Part shown: in pieces, positions 1 to 9,611 of the stretch
How the letters are laid out: the number at the start of each line of letters is the position of its first letter
Position numbering within the stretch: the stretch's first letter is position 1
Source of the DNA: Dehalococcoidia bacterium
GTDB lineage: Bacteria > Chloroflexota > Dehalococcoidia > UBA2979
DNA: 64,000 nt
Direction of reading: 5' to 3'
Assembly (NCBI GenBank): GCA_965198045.1
Contig: CBDAOL010000009.1
Coordinates: 254,445-318,444 of the forward strand
The notes under the pieces: model-generated
What the model was told of the DNA's origin: nothing
Database searches by the model: none
The model's input: only the letters and a program-made list of their open reading frames with translations
Translations under genes and position numbers: made by a program

Positions 1-2214
1 ACGGGTCACGCCGTCTACGGCGCCGACGTGCGCCTCAACGGCATGCTCACCGGCCGCGTGCTGCGCAGCCCGCACGCACACGCCATCATCACGCGCCTGG
101 ACGCCTCGAAGGCGCTCGCCCTCCCGGGCGTCCATGCCGTCGTCACGTTCGAGGACTTCCCGGAGCCCGGCGAGCCGGTGATGCAGACGATGCGCGGCCC
201 GCAGCCGGCCGCCTGGGACGTTGAGCGCGTCATGGCGCGGCGCAAGGTCCTCTTCCGCGGCCACCCGGTCGCCGCCATCGCCGCCAGCGACCCGCACGTC
301 GCCGAGGACGCCCTCGAACTGATCGAGGTCGAGTACGAGGTGCTGCCGGCCGTGGTCAGCCTCGACGACGCGCTCGCACCGAACGCGCCGATCCTGCACG
401 ACGACGGCATGGCCGAACTCGTCAATGGCCTGTTCGAGCCCGTGGACGGCAAGCCCACGAACATCGCGCGCAGCTTCGAGCTGACGCTTGGCGACATCGA
501 TGCCGGGTTCGAAGAGGCCGAGGTCATCCTCGAGCGCGAGTACGGGACCTCGATGGCCCACCAGGGCTACATCGAGACGCACAACGGCACGGCGGTATGG
601 ACGGACGACGCCCGCGTCACGATCTGGACGAGCACGCAGGGCGCATTCGGCGTGCGTGGCATCGTCGCGCGGCTCCTCGACATGCCGCTGGGCGACATCC
701 GTGTCATCCCGGCGGAGATCGGTGGCGGTTTCGGCGCGAAGAACGTCGTCTACCTCGAGCCGATCGCCGTGCTGCTGGCGAAGAAGAGCGGACGGCCCGT
801 GCAGGTAACGATGAACCGCACCGAGGTCCTGGAGGCGACCGGACCGACATCGGGCACGCGCTCTCGGGTCCGGCTCGGCGCCAAGCGCGACGGCACCTTC
901 GTTGCGTGCGACATCCTGCTCGAGTACGAGGCTGGCGGGTACCCGGGATCGCCTGTGGCTGGCGGCGCACGCTGCGCCGTCGGGCCCTACACGGTGCCCA
1001 ACCAACGCGTGATCGGTCACGACGTGGTCGTCAACAAGCCGAAGGTCGCGGCGTACCGCGCTCCCGGCGCGCCCGCGTCCGAATTCGCGGTCGAGTCACT
1101 GATCGATGAGCTGGCGGAACGCCTCGAGATGGACCCGATGGAGCTGCGTCAGATGAACATGGCCCTCGAGGGCGGTTCGCGCACAGATGGCGCGGTCCAT
1201 GGTTCGCTCGGCGTACAGCAGGTGATGGAGGCCGTGGTCGCCCACCCGCACTACCGCGCAGAACTCTCCGGCGACAACGTCGGGCGCGGCGTGGCGATGG
1301 GATTCTGGCAGAACGGCGCCGGCGAGTCCAGCGCCTATGCCAACGTCCACGCGGACGGCCACGTCACGCTGGTCACCGGCTCGGTCGACATCGGCGGCCA
1401 GCGTGCCGCGCTCGCGATGCAATTCGCCGAGGCGATGGGCATCCCCTACGACCACATCCAGTCGCTCGTGGGCGACACCGACACGATCGGCTTCACCACC
1501 AACACCGGCGGCAGCCGCACCACGTTCGCAACGGGGTGGGCCGTATACCAGGCCGCCCTCGACGTGCGCGCGCAGCTCGAGGAACGCATCGCGCGCATCT
1601 GGAACGTCGAGGCGCACGAGGTGACGTACGACCCGGACGGCGCAGTGCTGCGTGGCCCGGCTGGCAACGAGATGACGTTCACGGACGCTGCGCGACGCCT
1701 GCCCGCCACCGGCGGGAACATCCAGGGCCGCGCCGACATCGTGGCCACGAACGTCGGCAAGGTCGGCGCTTGCTTCGGCGCGCACATCGCCGACGTCGAG
1801 GTCGACCTGGAGACCGGCAAGGTGACGGTGCTCCGCTATACGGCCATCCAGGACGTCGGCCGCGCCATTCACCCCGCCTACGTCGAGGGGCAGATCGAGG
1901 GCGGCGCTGTGCAGGGCATCGGCATGGCCCTGAACGAGGAGTACGTCTACGACGACGAAGGCCGGATGCTCAACTCGTCCTTCCTCGACTACCGCATGCC
2001 GGTCGCAAACGACCTGCCGATGATGGAGACGGTGCTCGTCGAGGTGCCGAATCCGGGCCACCCCTACGGCGTGCGCGGGGTCGGCGAGGTGCCGATCGTG
2101 CCGCCGCTCGGCGCGATCGCGAACGCCATCTACGACGCCGTCGGGGTCCGCATCACGCAGCTGCCGGCCACGCCTCCCGTGCTCCTCGCGGAGCTCGAGG
2201 CGGCGAAGTTGTAG
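1..2214 (+). CDS. xanthine dehydrogenase/aldehyde oxidase family molybdopterin-binding large subunit (5-prime end cut by window edge)
   Basis: Frame is open from base 1. The listed ORF 28..2214 starts at an internal Met. a/b-hammerhead then MoCo-binding order; GGGFG and C-terminal GVGE motifs are typical of CoxL/XdhB-type subunits. Confidence 0.8.
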   Translation, partial: TGHAVYGADVRLNGMLTGRVLRSPHAHAIITRLDASKALALPGVHAVVTFEDFPEPGEPVMQTMRGPQPAAWDVERVMARRKVLFRGHPVAAIAASDPHVAEDALELIEVEYEVLPAVVSLDDALAPNAPILHDDGMAELVNGLFEPVDGKPTNIARSFELTLGDIDAGFEEAEVILEREYGTSMAHQGYIETHNGTAVWTDDARVTIWTSTQGAFGVRGIVARLLDMPLGDIRVIPAEIGGGFGAKNVVYLEPIAVLLAKKSGRPVQVTMNRTEVLEATGPTSGTRSRVRLGAKRDGTFVACDILLEYEAGGYPGSPVAGGARCAVGPYTVPNQRVIGHDVVVNKPKVAAYRAPGAPASEFAVESLIDELAERLEMDPMELRQMNMALEGGSRTDGAVHGSLGVQQVMEAVVAHPHYRAELSGDNVGRGVAMGFWQNGAGESSAYANVHADGHVTLVTGSVDIGGQRAALAMQFAEAMGIPYDHIQSLVGDTDTIGFTTNTGGSRTTFATGWAVYQAALDVRAQLEERIARIWNVEAHEVTYDPDGAVLRGPAGNEMTFTDAARRLPATGGNIQGRADIVATNVGKVGACFGAHIADVEVDLETGKVTVLRYTAIQDVGRAIHPAYVEGQIEGGAVQGIGMALNEEYVYDDEGRMLNSSFLDYRMPVANDLPMMETVLVEVPNPGHPYGVRGVGEVPIVPPLGAIANAIYDAVGVRITQLPATPPVLLAELEAAKL

Positions 2215-2224
2215 GCACACGACC

Positions 2225-2494
2225 GTGCCGGTCGTCCACGTGCCGGCCGCCCTGCGCTCGCTGACGGACGGTCAGGATCGCTATGAGGTCGAGGGCGCGA
2301 CGCTGGGGCAGGTCTTCGCCGCCGTGGCCGAGGAGTGCCCGGGCCTCGTCGAACAGATCCTGGTCGACGGTGACCTGCGGCCGGAGATCGCCGTCGCCAT
2401 CGATGGCTCGATCCTGGACGGCAGCGGCCTGATCCACCCCGTCGGTCCCGACGCAGAGATCTACCTCGTGCCGCCGCTGAGTGGCGGGTCCTAG
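2225..2494 (+). CDS. MoaD/ThiS-family ubiquitin-like sulfur-carrier protein
   Basis: 89 aa, beta-grasp size. C-terminus is ...VPPLSGGS (Gly-Gly plus one extra Ser). Sits 10 nt downstream of the Mo-enzyme gene. Confidence 0.55.
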   Translation: MPVVHVPAALRSLTDGQDRYEVEGATLGQVFAAVAEECPGLVEQILVDGDLRPEIAVAIDGSILDGSGLIHPVGPDAEIYLVPPLSGGS

Positions 2495-4302
2495 CGGTAG
2501 GCCTCCGCCTGGATCGTGTTCAGCTCCGCGTAGCGACCGTTGAGGGCCATCAGTTCCTCGTGCGAGCCGATCTCTATCATCCGCGAGCCGTCCATCACCA
2601 GGATCAGGTCGGCCATGCGCACCGTTGAGAAGCGGTGCGAGACCAGGACCGTGATGCGCCCGCTGGCCCGGCCCTCGTCGGAGCTGGCCGCCTCGGCGTA
2701 GCGCTCGAACAGCTCGTGCTCGGTCTCGGCGTCCAGCGCCGCGGTCGGCTCGTCGAGGACCAGTACCAGCGGCTCGTCGCGCATAAAGTCGCGGGCGAGC
2801 GCCAGCTTCTGCCACTGGCCGAACGACGGCTCGACGCCGCCGTGCCAGGTCGGACCGAGCTGGGTGTCGAGGCCGTTCGGCAGCCCGCCCACGACATCCT
2901 CGGCGCCGGCCCGACCCACACCGACCTCGACGGCAGGCCGATCCTCCTCGCGCGGCAGATCGCCCAGCCCCACGGTGCGCTGCGCAAGGTACTCGAAGCG
3001 GAAGAAGTCCTGGAACGCCCCGGCGGTGCGCTCTCGCCACTGATCGGGGTCCATGCGCGAGAGAGGTACCCCGTCGGCGGTGATGACGCCCTCGGTGGGC
3101 TCGTACATGCGGCAGAGCAGCTTCACCAGCGTCGACTTTCCCGCGCCGTTCTCACCAACCACGGCCACCACTGTCCCCGCCGGCAGCTCGAAGTCGAGGT
3201 CGCGCAGCACCCACGGCTCGGAGCCGGGGTATCGGAACGACACATCCTCGAAGCGGATGCCGGCGGCGATGCGGTCGGGCGTCGGCACCTTCGCCTCCGG
3301 TATCTGCGCCGCGGCGTAGTTCTCGAGCCAGGCGAGGCGACGCGAGGCGTCGAGCCAGATGCCCCGCAGGAACGATGCCTCCTGCACCGTCTGGCCCACG
3401 TACTGGGAGAGCCGGCTGCCCGCGGCGAGGACCAGCAGCACCTCGGCGGCGGGCGCGTTGATGCCGACGCCGACGAAGACGATCGCGGCGACGTACGCGG
3501 AGGCGAAGACGCCCCAGCTCAGCGACTGCAATGTCGCCGTCACCCAGCGGGCGTGCGCGATCGGGTCGTACCAGCGACGCCAGGTCTTCGCGCGCTCCTC
3601 GACGAGGCGCGGGCTGACGCGGGCGACACGCACCTCTTTGCCGGTCGGCGCGCTCGTGCCGACGACGAAGAGGTGGCGCGCGAGGCGGAACTGGTCGCTG
3701 TATCGCTCCTGCACGTCACGCTCGACGCCGGCGCGCGAGGTCGACACCCAGATCGGCGGGATCGCGAACAGCGCGAGCAGCACCAGGGCCGGGTGCACCG
3801 ACATCAACAGTGCGAGCGTGAGCACCAGTCGCAGCGCGGCGCCGACCGTCGCGAACAGGGAGCTGTACATGTGGTTGAGCGCGAACACCTGGTCGCGCAG
3901 GACCGCGAGGCGGTCCAGGTAGTCCGGCCGCTCGTGGTGCTCGATGCTGGCGACCGAGGCCTGCAGGTGCGCCACATGCGATTCGATCACGACGGTCGCT
4001 CGGTCGGCGAACCGCCGGTTGACGCGCTCGCTCATCGTCTGCAGCACCCAGCCGCCGGTCGCGAGGCCCGCGAGGAAGAGCGCCGACACCACCAGCCGCG
4101 TCCGGTCGCCGGCAATGGCGCCCTCAGCGAAGAACTTCAGCCCGAGCGCGAACAGCGCGTCCGGGATGGCCGCTGCGACCGTCGTGGCGAACGCAATGAT
4201 GAGCAGCCGCGGCTCGGCACGGTACCCGAGTTTGATCGAGCGCCACATAGACTCGATCCAGCCGGGGAGCTCGTCGAAGCGGTCATCCGGGCGGGATGAC
4301 AT
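2491..4302 (-). CDS. ABC exporter, fused permease/ATP-binding protein (subunit 1 of heterodimer pair)
   Basis: 6-TM N-terminal region followed by Walker A (GENGAGKST), ABC signature (VSGGQWQ) and Walker B (LVLDEPTAALD). Start chosen at the internal ATG at 4302, preceded by GAGGAGG. Confidence 0.8.
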   Translation of the reverse strand: MSSRPDDRFDELPGWIESMWRSIKLGYRAEPRLLIIAFATTVAAAIPDALFALGLKFFAEGAIAGDRTRLVVSALFLAGLATGGWVLQTMSERVNRRFADRATVVIESHVAHLQASVASIEHHERPDYLDRLAVLRDQVFALNHMYSSLFATVGAALRLVLTLALLMSVHPALVLLALFAIPPIWVSTSRAGVERDVQERYSDQFRLARHLFVVGTSAPTGKEVRVARVSPRLVEERAKTWRRWYDPIAHARWVTATLQSLSWGVFASAYVAAIVFVGVGINAPAAEVLLVLAAGSRLSQYVGQTVQEASFLRGIWLDASRRLAWLENYAAAQIPEAKVPTPDRIAAGIRFEDVSFRYPGSEPWVLRDLDFELPAGTVVAVVGENGAGKSTLVKLLCRMYEPTEGVITADGVPLSRMDPDQWRERTAGAFQDFFRFEYLAQRTVGLGDLPREEDRPAVEVGVGRAGAEDVVGGLPNGLDTQLGPTWHGGVEPSFGQWQKLALARDFMRDEPLVLVLDEPTAALDAETEHELFERYAEAASSDEGRASGRITVLVSHRFSTVRMADLILVMDGSRMIEIGSHEELMALNGRYAELNTIQAEAYR

Positions 4303-6103
4303 CAGGCTCCTCCTCTGCGAATCGCGAAGCCTGTAGGTCGAACATCGTGCGGTAGCGACCACCGAGGGCCATCAGCTCCTCGTGCGAACCGAGCTCGATC
4401 ACGCGCCCTTCCTCAAGCACGCAGATACGGTCGGCGTAGCGGACCGTCGAGAAGCGATGCGAGATCAGGATCGTCGTGCAGTCGCGCGTCGCCGCCAGAA
4501 TGCGCTCGAAGATCTCGGATTCGCCCCGCACGTCGAGCTGCGCCGTCGGCTCGTCGAGGATCACCAGGCGCGCGCCGAGCTCGACCGCGCACAGCGCGCG
4601 CGCCAGCGCGATGCGCTGCCACTGGCCGCCCGAGACCTCGACGCCGCGGTCGTAGCCACGTGCCATCGGCGCGTCGAGGTCGGCGAGGTCGGCGGCGCCC
4701 GCCTCCTCCAGCGCGTGCATGATCACCTCGTCGGGCGCGCCGGTCGGGGCCACGTTGTCACGCAGCGACAGTTCGAAGCGGACGAAGTCCTGGAAGACCG
4801 GGGCGACCTGGCGACGCCAGTTCTCGGGCTCGAGTTCGCGCAGGTCGACGCCGTCGACCTCGATCGCTCCGTCCTGGGGGTCGTACAACCGCGTCAGCAG
4901 CTTCGCCATCGTCGTCTTGCCGGCGCCGTTCTGGCCGACGATCGCCAGCGAGGTCCCCGCGGGGATCTCGAGGTTGAACCCGTCGAGGACGCGCGCCGGG
5001 CTCGCCGCGTACTCGAACCCGACATCGTGGAAGCGGATGCTGGTGGCGGGCATGCCATCGCTTGACCGCGTGCCCGGCGCGATCGCTCCGACGGTCGCCA
5101 TCTCCTCCTCGAGGCGCACCACGACTGCGACGACCTGTGCGGCCATCGAGAGCGACCAGTTGAGCCCACCGAAGGCGAGCGCGCTGGTGCCGATCGCCGT
5201 CGCGGCGTACGTCACCGCCGCGCCCAGTGCGACACTGCCCGAGAAGACGTCGCCGGCGAGCAGCCAGAAGAACAGCGCGCTGGTGCCGAGGATGACGAGG
5301 AGCGTCCCGGCCACCGGACGCTCGCGCAGCCTCGTGGCCTGCCAGCGCAGGTCGACCAGGAGACGGCGACGGTCGGCGAAGCGATTGACCGTCCAGCCCG
5401 CGAGCCCGAACAGCCGCAGCTCCTTCGCGGCCGGTGGGTCGACCGCCAGCCGGTAGGTGTAGTCCGCGTGCCGTTGCGCCTCGAGCACCTCGGGCGTCTG
5501 CCGGTCCTGCCAGACCGAGCTCTCGCGCAGCAGCCAGTGCGTCGAGGCCCAAGCGCCGCCGATCAGGAACGGCGCCCACCAGGCGTATCGGAACAGCACG
5601 AGCGCGCTCGCGAGGCCGCCGACGATCATGACGAGGCCCGAGGCGATGAAGCCCATCGTGATCGACATCGGCGGGCCGGAGATCCCGAGGTCGAAGTCCC
5701 GGCCGAGCGTGAGGTCGTCGATCAGTTCCGGGCGCTCGAGGTGAGCCATCCCCGGTGGTGCGGTCGCGGCCTCGGTCAGTTTGCCCGCGAGCCAGTCCGA
5801 GATGCGATCGCCGAGGTTGGTACCAACCTGCGCGTGCAGCGGCGCGAGCACCTGCATCAGCACGAACGCTGCGCCGGCGAAGACGAGTGGTCCGGTGAGC
5901 GAGTCGCCTGCCTCGACGGCGCCGACCAGCGTCCCCATCGCGATCGCCAGCACCGCCGGCATCACGCCGAGCAGCGCCAGCAGCACCCACCAGATGATCG
6001 CCAGCGTCCGATCGGCGTGATGCAGCGACCCGAAGAACCTGATCTCTTCGCGCTCGCGCCACCAACGCGGGCGCAGCCAGCCGATGCTCAGTGTGTCGCC
6101 CAC
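4283..6103 (-). CDS. ABC exporter, fused permease/ATP-binding protein (subunit 2)
   Basis: TMD followed by NBD (GQNGAGKTT, LSGGQWQR, LVILDEPTAQLD). Its 3-prime end overlaps the partner gene by 20 nt. Confidence 0.8.
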   Translation of the reverse strand: MGDTLSIGWLRPRWWREREEIRFFGSLHHADRTLAIIWWVLLALLGVMPAVLAIAMGTLVGAVEAGDSLTGPLVFAGAAFVLMQVLAPLHAQVGTNLGDRISDWLAGKLTEAATAPPGMAHLERPELIDDLTLGRDFDLGISGPPMSITMGFIASGLVMIVGGLASALVLFRYAWWAPFLIGGAWASTHWLLRESSVWQDRQTPEVLEAQRHADYTYRLAVDPPAAKELRLFGLAGWTVNRFADRRRLLVDLRWQATRLRERPVAGTLLVILGTSALFFWLLAGDVFSGSVALGAAVTYAATAIGTSALAFGGLNWSLSMAAQVVAVVVRLEEEMATVGAIAPGTRSSDGMPATSIRFHDVGFEYAASPARVLDGFNLEIPAGTSLAIVGQNGAGKTTMAKLLTRLYDPQDGAIEVDGVDLRELEPENWRRQVAPVFQDFVRFELSLRDNVAPTGAPDEVIMHALEEAGAADLADLDAPMARGYDRGVEVSGGQWQRIALARALCAVELGARLVILDEPTAQLDVRGESEIFERILAATRDCTTILISHRFSTVRYADRICVLEEGRVIELGSHEELMALGGRYRTMFDLQASRFAEEEPDVIPPG

Positions 6104-6205
6104 ACGACCCCCTGAGTGTGAGTGCCTCTCGCTAGAGTCGCCGGACGCTCCGCATGAGCTTAGTGGCTCGACTACCAGTGCGGCACCGTGGCCGCGTCAC
6201 CGCCG

Positions 6206-7051
6206 CTAGTCGTCGCCGGCAGCGCGATCCTCGAACAACTCGGGGAAGCTGTAGCGCATCGCGCTGTCGACGTTGCTGAGGCGGCGCTGGTCGTCGAGGG
6301 AGCGGCCGCCGGCCGCATCCGCCGCCTCCGAGCGCAGCATGTACGCGGTGTGTGCGCCGACGATGGAGGTGCTGTACCCCTGCGCGTCCTGCGCCTGATT
6401 GACGGCAAGCTTGATCATCCGCAGCTGGAACGAGTCGTTTTCCGCCACCCGCTCCGCGTACGCCATCACCGCAGCCTCGAGGTTCGCGACCGGGTGCACC
6501 TCGGTCACGAGCCCAAGCTCTTTCGCCTCGTCGGCGAGGATGAAGCGATTCTCGAACAGGATCTCCTTCGCCTTGCGGAATCCGATGTCGAAGGGCACGG
6601 CGAAGTACTGGAAGAGGCTGGCGCGGAACTTCGCGTCGTCGGCGGCGAAGATCACATCGGCCGCCGAGGCAACCATCCAGCCGCCGTTGATGCACCAGCC
6701 CTGCACCGCTGCGATCACCGGCTTCGGCAGGTTGCGCCAGCGCAGGCCAAAGTCGACGTAGAGGTCGTAGCTCCGCTTGTAACGCCCTCGAACGCCCTGC
6801 TCGTAGGGTCGCTCCTGACGGTCGGCGGTCTCCTCCGGCGTGCCGAGGTCATGGCCACCCGAGAACGACTCACCCTCGCCGCGCAGCACGATCACGCGTA
6901 CGTCGGTGTCCTCCGCCGCCTCCGCGAAGGCAGCGTCGAGCTCCTCGAGCAGTTGCCGGCTCTGCGCGTTGCGATAGCGGGGCCGATCCAGGGTGACGAC
7001 GGCGATCCGTCCGTGGTGTGCGGTCTCGTAGCGGACCTGTTCGTAAGCCAT
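6206..7051 (-). CDS. enoyl-CoA hydratase/isomerase (crotonase family)
   Basis: N-terminus ...RIAVVTLDRPRYRNAQ...VIVLRGEGESFSGGHDLG is a crotonase-fold oxyanion-hole signature. Confidence 0.8.
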   Translation of the reverse strand: MAYEQVRYETAHHGRIAVVTLDRPRYRNAQSRQLLEELDAAFAEAAEDTDVRVIVLRGEGESFSGGHDLGTPEETADRQERPYEQGVRGRYKRSYDLYVDFGLRWRNLPKPVIAAVQGWCINGGWMVASAADVIFAADDAKFRASLFQYFAVPFDIGFRKAKEILFENRFILADEAKELGLVTEVHPVANLEAAVMAYAERVAENDSFQLRMIKLAVNQAQDAQGYSTSIVGAHTAYMLRSEAADAAGGRSLDDQRRLSNVDSAMRYSFPELFEDRAAGDD

Positions 7052-7071
7052 CGTGCACTCCTTTGCTTGAG

Positions 7072-7512
7072 TTACTCGCTCGCCCGCCAGGTGTTGACGC
7101 GGCGCGGCGTCAGCGCGATCAGCGGCCGCCCGGCGAGGTCCATCGACCGGTATTGCTCATACTTTGCGCGCAGCGCTTCGACGGCGCGGCCGTGCGAGGG
7201 CTCGTCGCCGTCGAGGACGCTCGCTTCGCCGCGCACCAGGACCCAGGCCAGCGCGGACCAGTCCTCGTTGTAGCGGTCGACGACCAGTGCGACGTTCGGA
7301 TTCGCTTCGATGTGGCGCAGTCGCGCGAGGCGGGTGGTCCGCTTCGGCTTCTCGTCCACGATCGAGTAGATGCGTCCGTCGCGCACCGCGTAGCAGACGG
7401 GGATCACGTGCGGAGCGCTCTCGGCGTCCGCGGTGGCGAGCCGACCCACGCGGCCATCCTCGAGGAGCGAGCGCGCCTCGGCGTCGAGCTTCGCCAGCGG
7501 ATCGTCTGGCAT
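7072..7512 (-). CDS. PPOX-class (pyridoxamine 5-prime-phosphate oxidase-like) probable F420-dependent enzyme
   Basis: 146 aa split-barrel family; ...GRVGRLATADAESAPHVIPVCYAVRDGRIY... matches the PPOX/F420 class. Confidence 0.65.
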   Translation of the reverse strand: MPDDPLAKLDAEARSLLEDGRVGRLATADAESAPHVIPVCYAVRDGRIYSIVDEKPKRTTRLARLRHIEANPNVALVVDRYNEDWSALAWVLVRGEASVLDGDEPSHGRAVEALRAKYEQYRSMDLAGRPLIALTPRRVNTWRASE

Positions 7513-7588
7513 CCCAGCCCCCTCCCCGGGGCCTGCATATCATGACGCCGGCTCCTCGCGCAGTGCGAGAGCTTGAGGGAGGTACTCG

Positions 7589-8512
7589 GTGACCGTCTTC
7601 GGAGCGCAGGTCAGCTGCTACCGGACCACGTGGGACGACATCCGCGCGGTCATCGAAGCCATGGAAGCGGGGCGCTGGTACAGCCTGTACCACGCCGACC
7701 ACTTCGTCCCGCCCAACTCGCCCCGCGAGGACGAGCCGCTGACGGCGTACGAGGGCTACTCGCTGATCGCGGCCGCCGCGGCGATCACGGAGCGGCTCCG
7801 CCTCGGGCACCTCGTGCTCGGCAACACGTACCGCAACCCGGCGCTGGTCGCGAAGATGGCCGGCACGATCGACCAGGTCTCGCACGGTCGGTTCACGCTC
7901 GGCATCGGCGCCGCCTGGTTCACGCGAGAGCACGAGGCGTACGGCTGGACGTTCCCTGAGATGCGCGAGCGCTCCGACCGGCTCGAGGAGGCGGCGCAGC
8001 TGATCCGGCAGCTTTTCACCGCCGACGGCCCCGTCACCTTCGAGGGCCAGTACTACCGCCTCGACGAGGCGCCGCTCTCGCCGAACGGCGTCCAGCAGCC
8101 CAACATCCCGATCCTGATCGGCGGCACCGGCCCGACGAGGACACTGCGCACGCTGGCGATGTACGGCGACGTCTTCAACCTCGATGGCTTCGCGCGGCGC
8201 GGCATGTCGACCGAGCTGCTCGACGAGAAGTGGGGCGCCCTCGAAAGGCACTGCGAGCGCATCGGCCGCGACATCGGCGAGATTCGGAAGACGATCCTGA
8301 TGCCGACGAAGCTGACCAGCGACCAGACCGAGGCGGACGCCTTCGTCGAGCTGATCGGACCGCGGACGGTAGCGGGGAACGCGAGCTACATCGTCGACCG
8401 CATCGGCGAGTTCGTCGAAGCGGGCGTCGACGAGATCATGTTCGGCCGCATCCCGAACGATGCGGCCGAGTTCCAACGGTTCGAGGAAGAGGTGATCGCC
8501 CAATTCGACTAG
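7589..8512 (+). CDS. LLM-class (luciferase-like) F420-dependent oxidoreductase
   Basis: TIM-barrel luciferase-like monooxygenase family sequence. GTG start preceded by GGAGG. Confidence 0.75.
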   Translation: MTVFGAQVSCYRTTWDDIRAVIEAMEAGRWYSLYHADHFVPPNSPREDEPLTAYEGYSLIAAAAAITERLRLGHLVLGNTYRNPALVAKMAGTIDQVSHGRFTLGIGAAWFTREHEAYGWTFPEMRERSDRLEEAAQLIRQLFTADGPVTFEGQYYRLDEAPLSPNGVQQPNIPILIGGTGPTRTLRTLAMYGDVFNLDGFARRGMSTELLDEKWGALERHCERIGRDIGEIRKTILMPTKLTSDQTEADAFVELIGPRTVAGNASYIVDRIGEFVEAGVDEIMFGRIPNDAAEFQRFEEEVIAQFD

Positions 8513-8678
8513 AGTTGGCGCACTGGCGACGATCTCGGAGAACGGAAGGGCCATTCCCAGAGCCGTCGAGGGCGACTATGACATCGAGGCGGTCCGAGCC
8601 GAGTGGCTCGGCACCAAGACCGCGCGCAAACGTGGGCGCTACCCCGTCGAGTTCGACCCGATCCGTCGCCACTGCCAC

Positions 8679-9086
8679 ATGGTCGAGGACGACAACCCAC
8701 TGTTCCTCGACCCCGAATTCGCCGCGGGCACCAGCTACGGCACGGTGATCTCGCCTCCGGTGCTGGCCGGGTACTTCGCCGGCAACGGCGTTTGGCCCAG
8801 CGTCAGTGAGCCGAACGTGATGGCGGATGTGCCGACGCGCGGCGAGCGGCTGATCAACATGAACGTGGCGTGGGAGTACCACGCACCGGTGCGTGTCGGA
8901 GATTGGCTCTCCTCCGAGTCGGAGCTGGTCGATCTGTTCGAGAAACCGATCCGCCTCGACCCCAGGGCCGTCTGGATCGTCACCGAGCGTCGCATCTACA
9001 ATCAGCGCGACGAGCTGGTCGCTACCAATCGCAACACGCTGCTGACCCATCGGCGTCCCGAGGCCGTGGCCGCCGACAGCGACTAG
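8679..9086 (+). CDS. hotdog-fold MaoC-type dehydratase, N-terminal-type subunit (true start may lie upstream, frame open from about 8496)
   Basis: Hotdog-fold sequence. In-frame upstream extension (...EGDYDIEAVRAEWLGTKTARKRGRYPVEFDPIRRHCH) looks coding but has no canonical start codon. Confidence 0.55.
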   Translation: MVEDDNPLFLDPEFAAGTSYGTVISPPVLAGYFAGNGVWPSVSEPNVMADVPTRGERLINMNVAWEYHAPVRVGDWLSSESELVDLFEKPIRLDPRAVWIVTERRIYNQRDELVATNRNTLLTHRRPEAVAADSD

Positions 9087-9116
9087 ACGAACCGGGCGAC
9101 CGCCGAGGAGGCGACC

Positions 9117-9560
9117 GTGACCACACAGACCGCACAGCGCTACTTCGAAGATGTGACGGACGGCGAGGAGCTGGCCGGGTTCGCGCTCGACCTCGACTGG
9201 ACCAAGATGGTCGAGCAGGTGTCGGGCTCGCAGGACTTCTACCCCGTGCACCATGATCCCGGGTTCGCCCGCGAGGCGGGGCACAGCGACATCTTCTACA
9301 ACACCGGCTTCACGCAGGCTGCGCTCACCCGCCTCCTCACCGACTGGGTCGGCGTCGAGGGCTGGGTGAAGAGCATGAGCTTCCAGATGCGGAAGATGAA
9401 CATGCCCGACGATCATGTGCGCGTGAAGGGGGTCGTGACCGGCACGTCCGAGGACGATGGCGGCATGGGCGCCGTCAGCATCGACCTCTGGCTCGAGAAC
9501 GACCGCGTCGGCATCACCACGCCCGCCGAGGCGGTGATCCTGCTGCCCCATCGAGGCTAG
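9117..9560 (+). CDS. MaoC-like (R)-specific hydratase/dehydratase hotdog subunit
   Basis: ...YFEDVTDGEELAGFALDLDWTKMVEQVSGSQDFYPVHHDPGFAR... is a MaoC dehydratase motif. Paired with the upstream hotdog gene, as in HadAB/PhaJ-type heterodimers. Confidence 0.7.
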   Translation: MTTQTAQRYFEDVTDGEELAGFALDLDWTKMVEQVSGSQDFYPVHHDPGFAREAGHSDIFYNTGFTQAALTRLLTDWVGVEGWVKSMSFQMRKMNMPDDHVRVKGVVTGTSEDDGGMGAVSIDLWLENDRVGITTPAEAVILLPHRG

Positions 9561-9611
9561 CCCCCGCGAGGGCGTAGAATCCGGCTACCGACAGCGACGA
9601 AGGAGACACCG

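Noticed and set aside
1096-2220. Long antisense ORFs opposite well-supported genes (e.g. 1096..2220 -, 2635..4299 +, 4758..6065 -, 7157..8554 -, 10636..12222 -, 16663..18393 -, 20880..21662 +, 47770..48618 +, 53260..54489 +)
   Set aside because: Typical shadow ORFs of a 70% GC genome. Their translations are Arg/Ala/Gly-rich low-complexity strings with no family resemblance, and each overlaps an ORF with a clear protein-family match.
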